DNA from: Atractiella rhizophila
Taxonomy: Eukaryota
Assembly (NCBI GenBank): GCA_021432655.1
Contig: MU271255.1
Span: forward strand, 87,201-119,232
DNA length: 32,032 bases
Direction: 5' to 3'
This document shows positions 1 through 9,557 of this stretch, piece after piece. The notes below the pieces were generated by a model. That model was not told the DNA's origin, did no database searches, and was given only the letters and a program-made list of their open reading frames with translations. The position numbers and the translations under genes were made by a program. The stretch's first letter is position 1. Every line of letters begins with the position of its first letter.

Positions 1-97
1 ACACTAGTGGCCTGCGAGATAGTTTCCCGATCGTTGGCACCCATTTGCTTTTCGCATGTTGCACACATTACGATTCCGTTTCACTTCGAATTGGCAG

Positions 98-1113
98 ACT
101 CTGTTGGTTTCCAGGTACCATTTCTATCTCATGAATCGAAGCCTTCTTCTGCCTTACATTTGTCTTCCATCGAGTATATTTAGCCTGCAATCGCTGTATC
201 CTTTCCTCAACATCTATCAGGGCTGATCTTACTCCTGCTCAGTCACCGCCAGCACAAAATTTGCAAACCAGCTCTCAAGTCGCCGCGATGCAGCTGCAAC
301 GTCCACCGCCCATGCCTGCCTCAATGACACAAGCCTATCTCTCTCCCACGAATGCATACTACGGTGCTCCCTTTCTTAGTGGGTACGATCCACGATTGTA
401 TCCCGCTCCAGGATACCCCTACCTGCCTCCCTCCACCTCGCCATCGGCTGCAGCCGCCGCTGCCGCTGCCACCTCCCTCGGTTACTTGACCGGTCTCTAT
501 GGCACTTCGTATAATCATCATCACGCTGGACAACCGATCCCTGGCTTCCCTGCTCTAGCTGGTGGAGTGGGAATAGGCATGGGAGCAGGAAGTGGGGGCG
601 GGTCTAACATTGATTTCGCGCTGTTGAACGGATGGGCTGAGAACCAAAAATCAATGGAGAGGAACGCGTTGTCTACTTCTTCCTCCTCCGGGACCGGTAA
701 TGGCGACCATAGGGATACCCCCCTTTCAAGACTGCTCACCACTTCTCCGGGATTGGAGGAGCCATCTGGGAGTGGCAGTGGAGGGAGAAAGAGGAAGGCA
801 CCAGATCGAGATGGAGATCACGGGTCGGAGGTTTCGCACAAGAAAGAGAGGGTGGGAGGGACGACGCATGCGGATGATCTGGAGGCGTTGTTGTTCGGCG
901 CTTCTGTCCATGAGCGGAGAGAAAACGAAGTGAGCATCTTTCTCTGCCTATTGAAGATGAACGAGATGAGTTGATGTCAATGTACTTTCAGCAGCGACAA
1001 CACCTCTCCAGCATCTTCAATTCTCATCATCCTCAAAACGAAGGCGCAAAGGAGCAAGGCTTTGATTTCGCCAGCGCTTTGACTGGCGGTTTATTGACCG
1101 GTCGTTCGGATTT
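98..1113 (+). CDS. 3' part of a low-complexity (P/S/A/G/Y-rich) protein with a basic NLS-like patch; possibly the tail of a transcriptional regulator
   Basis: Putative exons 98-114, 243-929 and 992-1113 join in frame across GT..AG introns (930 GTGAGC..TTTCAG 991). RKRK motif present. The frame runs into the N gap and ends as ...GRSDFNWPSNHSQTQDGD* if the reversed block is read from 3283 downward (TAA at 3227-3225). The 5' end lies outside the window. Confidence 0.65.
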
Positions 1114-1189
1114 NNNNNNNNNNNNNNNNNNNNNNNNNNNNNNNNNNNNNNNNNNNNNNNNNNNNNNNNNNNNNNNNNNNNNNNNNNNN
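1114..1189. other. Assembly gap of 76 N, probably spurious
   Basis: Run of N. The 16 bp before it (1098-1113, CCGGTCGTTCGGATTT) equal positions 3283->3268 read backwards. Confidence 0.95.
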
Positions 1190-1740
1190 CGAACCACGCA
1201 ACTGTATAAGACATGAACAAATGTTGAGCTTCAGCGTGAGTCTCCGTAGAAAATATCCATTGTCGTGCCTTTCAACACGGCACAAAGGCTTGCTCGCAGT
1301 TGCGAAGTGGTTTCTCCGTTACGGACTGATACGTTTTTCTCTCCTCGTTTGCATTCGTTCCTCGACCTCCACGCAAGAAAGGAGTGAGGCTTATGCCACT
1401 TCACCTCTCCTGGTCCGAGGTAGAGGATAACGTTAAGAGCACGCGCTCTAACGATGCCTAGATCGTGTAGGTCTTGGAGACGACAACTGTCTTTCTACGT
1501 AGTAGAAACTAATAGTTCTGCGCGCTTGTTTAGTGTCTCCTTTCCTGCTACCGAAGGGACGTCCCCTCTGCTTTACGAGTGCGTATGGAAGGTGTGACTC
1601 TTGACAGTAAGGCCACACGAAACGAGTGTAGAGGTAGGGTATAGATTAAGCGTGCATAGGGTACATAGTGAGACTCGTGAGAGAGAGTCCTAAATCGGCA
1701 TCAAATGAGTCTTATGACATCAGTTCTGTGTTTCATAGTG

Positions 1741-3046
1741 TACTGGAGACATTCTAGAAACTTCGCTAATAATGCGCGTTTCATACGCGGTAACGAATTG
1801 TCGTAAGGAGAGTGAAGATATGATCTCGTTACATTCGAGACTATCATGGTTAAACCTCAGTAACTGTGCTGAACCGTCGCCCTACGCACTGGAGAGTTTA
1901 GGAACGGGTAGGAGAGATAGCGTTTCGAGCGAGCTATAGCTAGATAAACAGGTGACTCTTCCCACTTTAAGTCTGCCGACTATAAGACCCTCTGCGCAAC
2001 TCCCTCCCCTTCCTCCAAATATAAGGTATAACAAAGTTCGTACCACGCAGTAGCAAGAGAGGTCTCAGTCTAAACATAAAGCAGCATACTAGTACACACT
2101 AATTTGGCGATAGGAGAAGCGGGTCAGCGCAAGCACGTCTAAGTAGCCTATATAGTCAACCGTAAAAGTTTCCAAACTCACTTTTATTTCTGGGACTTTA
2201 GTAAACGACAGGAAGGGTCGTGAGTTAACGTCTTAAGGTCGGAAGCCCGAAGGCATTAGAAATCAACAACTGTGTTTGCTGAAGCATAACAATAGGTGAT
2301 GGTGTATACCCACAGCTTACACTCGTCGAACTCACTTTCGTAGTCACAGCTGAGCTCGACACAGAATGTAACTATTAACAGGTAAGGACTGTACTGTGCT
2401 AGCTACAAACAACTTGTAAGAAAAGTTTGGAGATAGACAAACAGTAACACAGATCTTTCTTTCTGGGAGCTATAGGTTAGATGGAGTTTCACCTCATGAC
2501 TGTCAAAGTGTCTTTTGCTTCTAGCTTACCTGTACTAGGCGCATGTGAGGAGAAAGTTCGGGTGGCTGGAGAGGAACTTAGCCACCGACTAGTCTCTTAA
2601 GTGTGGGAGAGTCCAACGTCTGTTTCTCGCGCCAAGCAGGGAAGTAGAAAGGAAAGGATGGCGACTTGTAAAGTACCTATACTGTCGTGAAAGCAGGCGA
2701 CGGTTGTCGAATCTGGATTAGTATTGCGGGCCCTACTAGAAGCTGTCCCTTTCTCCCTCCCATCCTGTGCCCTTCCCTATAATACTAGCTAAAGAACGGT
2801 CCCACCTACTCAAGTTGCTCCGCTTGCCCTTCCTCCCTCCCTGCTTCTGAGCATGCAGGAGACTGCAGTTTCACCACAGACAAGTGAAAAACAGAAGAAG
2901 CTACGCTTCACCGTGACCGCGACTTCCTTGTCTAGAACGGCCAACCTCTGTTACATGGGTACCTACCTTGCCTAGCCTTCCACCTACTTCACTAGACCAC
3001 GCTAGTACTAGTGAGTCTACTTTTGTTTCTGTTCTAACTCCTTACT
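1741..3046 (-). CDS. FAU1: 5-formyltetrahydrofolate cyclo-ligase (MTHFS/Fau1 family), about 225 aa. Readable only as the complement read left to right; it would lie at about 1427-2732 on the minus strand after un-reversing the block
   Basis: Exons 1741-1831, 1879-2043, 2513-2632, 2687-2851 and 2910-3046 total 678 nt, with all introns GT..AG. Translation: MTSVRSLKRLLRAKY...ARSISIYLSTEKGEIQTADILGDALREGKEVYIPYC...[29 protein letters not shown]...ALALKEQI...VPMDGTDRKVDEVI. This includes the family signature RxGxGxGYYDR. Confidence 0.95.
2091..2395 (-). ncRNA. Candidate intronic structured RNA, C/D-box snoRNA-like, in intron 2 of the hidden MTHFS gene (read as complement, left to right)
   Basis: The intron is 469 nt versus 47-58 nt for the others. 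TCATG-T-GTGATTA (box C-like, 2097-2103) and CTGA (2387-2390)-CATGA form a terminal stem. Internal hairpins AGCC-TTCG-GGCT and CAGCTTGAGT/ACTCGAGCTG. No guide target identified. Confidence 0.4.
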
Positions 3047-3283
3047 GCTACTTGCCTACGAACCTTCCTCCTCGTACCTTGATGCATAGTAAAGTTGACT
3101 TCCTGCTTGCTTGTTTGTTATGTCCTGCTCTTTCGCAAAGTTGTCCTAGCTACGTGCTTTATACTGACTACTATACGCTTTTATGACAGTCAATTTGTGA
3201 GGTAGTTCCTTTTCAATACTAGTAAATTAGGGGTAGAACTCAAACGCTCACTAATCTCCCGGTTAATTTTAGGCTTGCTGGCC

Positions 3284-4503
3284 TCTTGTCACCCCCTCTG
3301 TGCAGGGCGGTTTCCACGTACAAAATCTTCCTACGCCAAGTCCTCATGAAGGAGAGGTGTTGATAAAGATTATGGCATGCGGTTTGAACCCGATGGATCC
3401 AGTGATGCATGATTTGAACCTGTTTGTTCCTTCTTATCCGTTCGTTTTTGGAGGATGTGGAGTAGGAATCGTGCAAGATGTTGGGGAAGGCGTGAAGAGA
3501 TTTAAGAACGGCGACAAAGTGTGAGTGTGCTCTTGCTGGACCCACTTAATTTGGGAGATAAGGCTGAGCAGGTTGTGACAGGATGAGCGGAGGGATGGGA
3601 GGTGCTTTCCAACAATACAGGATAGTTGAAGAAAACCTGGTCTTTCGTGTCCATCTCTCCCCTTTCTTACCATCTCGGTTTTTTCTGAAGTTGCAAATAT
3701 AGGTACCTGACAATCTCAGCTTTGATGAAGCTGCGACCTTCCCCGTTCCGTTAGCCACAAGTGTTATTGGCCTTTTCGATGATTTTCCGCACGGAATTGG
3801 CCTGAACCCTGACTTCTCCTTGAAGGAAACTTGTAAGGGACAGACGGCCCTCGTCATTGGCGGAAGCACTTCTGTTGGGCAATATGGTTTATCTTTCTTT
3901 TTATTGCAGTAGTGTACAAATGCTAACAAGTTCACAGCAATCCAACTCCTCAAGTTGCTCGAATTCGCCAAAATCATCGCCTATGCTTCGAACACGCACG
4001 CACCTCACCTTAAATCCCTTGGTGCGACAGAGGTAATTGATCGCCACACCATATCGCTCGATCAACTCGGCTCCAAGCTGCAAGAACCAAAATTTGACGT
4101 GATCGTGGACATTGTTGGTACTCCAGAATCGCAGAAGGCAGTATGCGACTGTCTGCGAAATGGAGGGAGATTCCTCAATGTCAACATACGATTGCATCCA
4201 GGGATCGAGGAGAGGCTAAATGAAGGGGATAAGAAAGTCGCGAATGTTTTCGCGTCCTATAATCGAGCGTCTGTGGCTTTTCGTGAAAGGGCTTGGGAGG
4301 GAGTTCCGCTGCTGTTGGAACAGAAACATGTCCTTGTAAGTTTTACTTTTGATGTCAGTTCTCCAGTTGACGGTTGGTATTGGTAGCCATGTAGATACGA
4401 GGTATTGCCTGGCGGTCTGGCTGGCATCGTCCCTGGGATTGAAAGGTTGAGGAAGAAAGATATCAGCGGGATAAAACTTATTGGTCGCCCCTTTGATGAA
4501 TAA
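3284..4503 (+). CDS. MDR-superfamily NADPH oxidoreductase, enoyl-reductase-like (GroES-like plus Rossmann domain), copy 1. Its first 17 coding nt sit in the reversed block (ATG at 1206-1204 read backwards)
   Basis: Spliced product MSTHQALVTPSVQGGF...GEVLIKIMACGLNPMD...VGEGVKRFKNGDKV...VPDNLSFDEAATFP...ALVIGGSTSVGQYAIQLLK...HLKSLGATEVIDRH...ISGIKLIGRPFDE*. Four GT..AG introns, stop TAA at 4501-4503. Confidence 0.9.
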
Positions 4504-4658
4504 AATGGTTGTCAGAGAGCTCATGCCATTTGTCAATTAAAATTTGCAGAGCACCAGTATTCTCAGTTACAAAGGCTTGATCTGAACAGGCATTAGAATG
4601 ACAAAAGATGAAGTGAGCAAGATTGCACATAAGTGACTTCATCTCTTCAAGTTGCCAC

Positions 4659-5888
4659 TTACGTTTCAAAAGGACGTGTTAGCAATTTGAAACCACTGAT
4701 CTCCTTCCTCCTCAAACGATCAACGCCCTGTTCAACACTAGTGAAGCCACCGTCCAAAACTTCGTAGCGTGTTCCCTATGCAAACCTAAGTTAACATGCA
4801 CAGGAACTATACAACATTCTCTTACAATAAAGACCTTCTTCTCAAGTAATTCTGGGACGCGTTTCTTAGCGTGTGTCCGTATCTTTGACATGTTATATGC
4901 TCCAAAGACGCTGCAGATTCTTTTTCCCTCTTTCTCGGCTCGCTCCTGGATTCCCTTGTGCAAGTCGACGCAGCAGTTCAAAAACCCTCCTTCAGCTTTG
5001 AGGCAATCAAGTGCAATGGACTGCGACTCTAACGTGCCGACAACGCTGTCAATCACGATGTCGCAGGGATCAACTATCCCCGGAAGCTGGAACAAGGCAT
5101 CTGACCAACGATCTAGAACGCGTGTTGCACCCAAGGAGGTGAGATACGCCGCATGCTTGCTGGAAGCGTATGTCACAATTGTTTCGAAACCGAGGAACTT
5201 TAGCGTTTGAATGCCTGTTCGTCGAAAAGATAAAGCTTTTTTGTGGAAAGGATAGAGATGAAGACGAACAGTATTGGCCGACGCTGCTGCTTCCACCAAT
5301 GACGAGAGCGGATTTGCCCTTGCAGGGTTGATCCGTCGCGAAAGTTGGGTTGAGGCCCAAGCCGACGGGGGTTTCGTCCATTAATCCTATTACTGCTGTA
5401 CCGAAGCATACAGGGAGCGTGGCTGCTTCCTCGAAGCTCATGTTGTCAGGTACCTGTAAAATCAGAAGTGAGGGACCTGTACGCGATGTTGCACGGAAGG
5501 AACGAACGGGAAAGACAATTTCGCTTGACAGAGCCAAGTATTGCTGAAAGCCGCCGCCGACGATTCCAGCCATGCTGTGAGATGCTCTGTTCACTTCTAC
5601 ACTTCTCATACGTTGAGAGAAACTGACGTACACTCGATCGCCTTCTTTGAATTCCTCTACACCCTCTCCGACAGCTTCGACAGTCCCAGCAATGTCGCAT
5701 CCGAGCACAGTGGGAAAAGAAGGAACGCAGAAGGCTCGATCGTGCATCTTGTATTCCATTGGGTTCAATCCCACAACCAAAACCTTTATCAAAACCTCCC
5801 CTTTAGAAGGAGTAGGCACATCTGTCACTTGAATCACAAAGCCTCCTTTCATCGAAGGGGTGACAAGGGCTTTCTGGTTGACTGACAT
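4659..5888 (-). CDS. MDR-superfamily enoyl-reductase-like oxidoreductase, copy 2 (paralogue, convergent with copy 1)
   Basis: MSVNQKALVTPSMKGGF...GEVLIKVLVVGLNPMEYK...LGCDIAGTVEAVGEGV...VPDNMSFEEAATLP...GGSSSVGQY...EISGFKLLTRPFET*. Intron positions match copy 1. TATAAAA at 5955-5949. Confidence 0.9.
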
Positions 5889-6789
5889 CTTGAAAGTTGA
5901 CTTTGATATGGAAGTGGGCAATGGAACCTCCAACGTTGAAATATCTCATTTTATAGATATCTCCCTTGATCGCGGCATCTCATCTAAGGGGTGGAGCGTC
6001 ATACGGTACCACTGGTGAAAGTCGAAAGTCAAAACGCCGAGAAAGCATCAGAATATCATGGACGTCTTTCTCAGCAATGTAATTCCGAGACAACTAGCAA
6101 GCTAAAGCCACGGCTTGTACACACCAAAATTCAAGAGGCATGTACATTTGAATGTCTGAAGGTCAAGAAGTGTAACTGGTTTGTAACATTCAGTCTTTCG
6201 TTTCGTCCCTCGGCGGGAGCAACGAACCTGAGTAGGCCAGTATTCTAGCCGGACAACTTGTCAGCAGCAACGCACTCGGCGCGGAGACCTCTAACAATCA
6301 AGGAGCTAGACACATATGTCCGTGTCGAGTAGGGAAATAGCTACAAGAAGAACTAGGGAGGACTTGAGTAAGCTTGAATGTGCTTGGAAAACATCAAGAC
6401 CGTTGGATGCCGTTGAGCTCAGCTGAGCCTGAACTCCAGTTACCTAAGCAAAAGGTAATTGACGTGGGACAAAGGCTGGAAGGGTGGCTGGAATCTCCCA
6501 TTCACAGGCATTATTCTCTCAACAAGAAAGTCTTGCAAAGATTTAATGGAGTGATTAAAGCACCTCCATCCGAGAAAGTCAGGCATCTCCTTCCCAGCAT
6601 TCATCAATTCAGCACTAATCCTCTTTCAGCTAGGTAACGTTGTTTAGTTAAATTTAGAATATAATATTAAATGAGGGACTTAAAGAAAATTGATATAATA
6701 GAAGCGCTCACTAATACATAACCATCCTGCCACAAAGTCCTATTGCTGCAAGTGATAGGGAAGAACCACAAATATGGCCAACTGATCGC

Positions 6790-6831
6790 TTTCTCGCCTG
6801 TTCCCGCCTCTTCGAGAATCGAGAATTTTCA
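6790..6831 (+). promoter_or_regulatory. Heat-shock element (HSE) cluster upstream of FES1
   Basis: TTC at 6791, 6801 and 6811 with exact 10-bp spacing (step-type), then TTCnnGAA (6811-6818) and GAAnnTTC (6823-6830). Lies 70-110 bp upstream of a chaperone cofactor gene. Confidence 0.65.
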
Positions 6832-6902
6832 CCACTGTGCGCTCTATTAAAGGGCTGTTATCATCGGTTTTGCTTGCAAACGACTAGTCTAAACTCGCAG
6901 AC

Positions 6903-8243
6903 ATGGAGCAACAACTTTTGCAATGGGGACTTGCTAACGCGCCGCCAAACTCTTTACCAGCCCTCAATGCAGAAATTCAGGCTGGGAAGAGACCTGATTT
7001 GAATCCTGAGATGCTGAAGCATATTATGGGGGAAAGTGATGCAGAGAAGATCATGCGGTGCTTCAAGGTACTCAAGAGGAGTTTGGATGAAGGAGAACCA
7101 GCTAGTGAGCGAGAGGTGACTTGGGAGAGCCTTGAGATGGTACGCTCTTTTTTTGCTCTATGGAGGCAAAACGGGAGTGGCGAAGTCAAAAATTTGTAAT
7201 TCATTTACGATCCAGTGAACGATTATGCAAGAATAAAAGCGCAATGCGTCCTTTATAAGCTTTCCGACAGAGAGCATGCAAGTTCTGTCTGAGCGTAGAT
7301 GAAAAATCAATGCGCCCTTTCAAGCGTTTGATATTCCAAAAAATGGACGCTGATTGATTTTCACAGCTGGTGGCAGATCTGGACAATGCAAATGGTATAC
7401 AACTCAATAGTTGGTAACGAATCCGGCTGATTGTCTTTACAGATCTTGAGAACATGAAATTATGGCCTGTTCTCATTGAATTTCTACAAGCAAAAGATGA
7501 CCTCGACAAATTCAACGCTCTCTGGATCTGTGGTACGGCCATTCAGAACAACGAGAAGTCGCAAAATCACGTAGGTCCTCCTTTGTTCGCTATGAGAATT
7601 TTCTAATGATTGATCATTTCGTAGTTCCTAGCGCAAAACCCATTACCGCTACTCAACTCGATCGTCCTCGACAATCCATCAGCTGAGACGCGTTCGAAGG
7701 CTATCTACTGTATTTCCGGATGCCTGAAGCACAACGAGAAGACCGCTACGCAGTGGTTGGACTCTGAAGGAGTCGAAATACTCCATCGAGGGTTAACAGG
7801 TTCGTTCTCCACTTCTCACAACTGGTATTGCGATTAAGAACGAAAACGTCGTGTTAGATCCCTCACTTGTAATGCGCCGTCGCACCTCATGGCTCCTAAT
7901 CACCCTTCTCACACAGTCCACCTCCACTGCCACCCTCGTTCAGAATCTTCGGAAACCGCCTTCTCCACTACACGACTTGCTTTCCTCCCTCTCTCCTTCC
8001 ACCTCGATACCTACCGGTCCTGATGGCGATTCAGAAGGTGTGGATGCGATTTATCGCGAGAATGCTTTGAAGGCCATTTTAATGATTGTGGGAAGTGAGG
8101 GAGAGGGAAATGAGGAGGCATTAAATGAGGAGGAAAAGAAGAAGGTTAGTCAAGCGTTGAAGGAGATGAGGGAGACAGAGAAAGTGGAGTGGGAGGACTT
8201 AGGCTTGGCGAGTAGTGAGGGTGAGAAGTTGCTGCGTTTGTAG
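6903..8243 (+). CDS. FES1: Hsp70 nucleotide exchange factor Fes1/HspBP1 (armadillo-like)
   Basis: Spliced product MEQQLLQWGLANA...LNPEMLKHIMGESDAE...WESLEM|LVADLDNAN|DLENMKLWPVL...ALWICGTAIQNNEKSQ...TRSKAIYCISGCLKHN matches the Fes1 pattern. Four introns, the first at 7140-7366. Confidence 0.9.
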
Positions 8244-8413
8244 CGAGCTCCGTACCATATGTGGAAATAGAAATGTAATATGCACGTGTTGCAGTGACAA
8301 CGGTCATCGTCATTCCAAAGGCGAGCTGATTAGTCTACAGCTTGAATACATGGCGAATAATGATACATTGTTTGGCTATTTACTTTGTTCAAGAACAAGG
8401 CCCTATTCCCTAC

Positions 8414-8891
8414 TTAGACCTGCCTCTCTCCTCCACCTAACGCATCCTTTACTGAATCAATTGCTCCTCCCGCCTTCTGTCTCGCATCATCCTTCAGCTC
8501 TTCAGCCTTATCGACCGCGGTATAGCCCATCTCTTTCGTTTCGGCTCCTGATGGGACGATTTCATTGGGATTGTGATATTCAGCCTGCAAAAATCAACCC
8601 AAATCTTTAAGACGACAACGAACACGCAGAGGTGGGGGAGTACAAACCCTTCCAGCTTCTTTCTGCACACGCCCACGGTCCTCCATGTCTTTGTTCCCAG
8701 CTAAATAACCGCCGAACTCTTTCACTGATCCGAAAGAACTGCGTCCAGCCTTTCTCAACCATAGCTTGGATGGAAGGACAAGAGCAGACTCACGCTTTGC
8801 TGTTTGCTTGCGCCTCTGTTGGAAGGTCTCCAGCATTCGGTTGCTCAAGGTAAGGGAATTCGTTGCCAGTGGAGGGAAGAGTGTTCGACAT
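8414..8891 (-). CDS. Small hydrophilic stress protein, CsbD/LEA/Hmp1-like, about 119 aa
   Basis: Exons 8891-8794, 8738-8648 and 8584-8414 join in frame: MSNTLPSTGNEFPYLEQPNAGDLPTEAQANSKASFGSVKEFGGYLAGNKDMEDRGRVQKEAGRAEYHN...AVDKAEELKDDARQKAGGAIDSVKDALGGGERQV*. The GSVKExxG..GN..ME..G..Q pattern is CsbD-like. Confidence 0.75.
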
Positions 8892-8984
8892 GCTGATTGT
8901 TCAATGAGTTGAGCTTGAGTGCTTGGGCTTCGTGTTACTTGAAATGATTGGGTTTGATGAAGGAAGGCCCTTGCAGGTATGCGC

Positions 8985-9076
8985 TTTTATATCTGCAGTG
9001 TCCAACCTCAGATGCACTGACGAAATTGACGACAGGGGAGTAATGACGTCACAGCACAAGCATACACGTGACATCA
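8985..9076 (-). promoter_or_regulatory. Stress-type promoter of the hydrophilin gene: TATA, STRE, CRE and E-box motifs
   Basis: TATAAAA on the minus strand at 8991-8985, AGGGG at 9034-9038, TGACGTCA at 9044-9051, and CACGTG overlapping TGACATCA at about 9065-9076. Confidence 0.5.
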
Positions 9077-9557
9077 AATGTAGCAGGCTATATTCTCTAT
9101 CCTTATTTCTTCAGGACGTTAGCAGCGGATCTGAATGACAAACGATTGATACATCCAATGGCCATTGATGCCCCCCCACCCTAAAACGCAGATATAACAA
9201 TGGCTAAGTAACCTCAATCAACGAAGAGACATTGCCACTGTCTTGTGCATTCTTTGAGAGCACTGAAGCTCTACAAATGAGTAAGGTCGGTACCCGAATG
9301 AGAGATGGTTTCAAGTTGCTGAGCACCAATTACTACGAGTGGTATCGATTGGCATTACCAGACATCACAAGTCTATAGCTGGGCTCAGGCTGGATTTCCT
9401 TGTCGCCTGGCTTGCCCGTCAACAACGGTCTGTGGAACGAGCAATCTCCGACACCCATGGAGGTTCAACGTTCAACGTTCAGAACATTCAGTTCGCACAT
9501 ACTACATGACGATATCAACAGACGATGCTCGCTGCAGTCCAACAAACTTTCCTCTCT

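Larger units (their letters stand above)
1190..3283. other. 2094-bp block reversed without complementation (mirror-written sequence)
   Basis: Both ends rejoin their neighbours exactly once the block is reversed. The left end gives a 16-bp overlap and an in-frame stop. The right end gives ATG TCA ACG CAC CAA GC + T CTT GTC (3284 onward). The complement read left to right contains a complete spliced gene. Confidence 0.97.

Noticed and set aside
1741..3046. A gene genuinely read 3'->5' as a novel biological system
   Set aside because: One breakpoint sits exactly at an assembly gap, the block cuts two flanking genes, and simple reversal restores everything. An artefact is far more parsimonious.
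1221..3186. Listed ORFs 1221-1430 and 2968-3186
   Set aside because: Chance ORFs in mirror-written sequence.
1190..3283. RIP-like mutated transposon relic (TA-rich, ORF-poor)
   Set aside because: The TA excess is explained by reversal (AT becomes TA), and the corrected sequence holds an intact housekeeping gene.
3284..5888. Secondary-metabolite cluster implied by LovC-like reductases
   Set aside because: No PKS, NRPS, transporter or cluster regulator in the window, and the neighbours are housekeeping genes.
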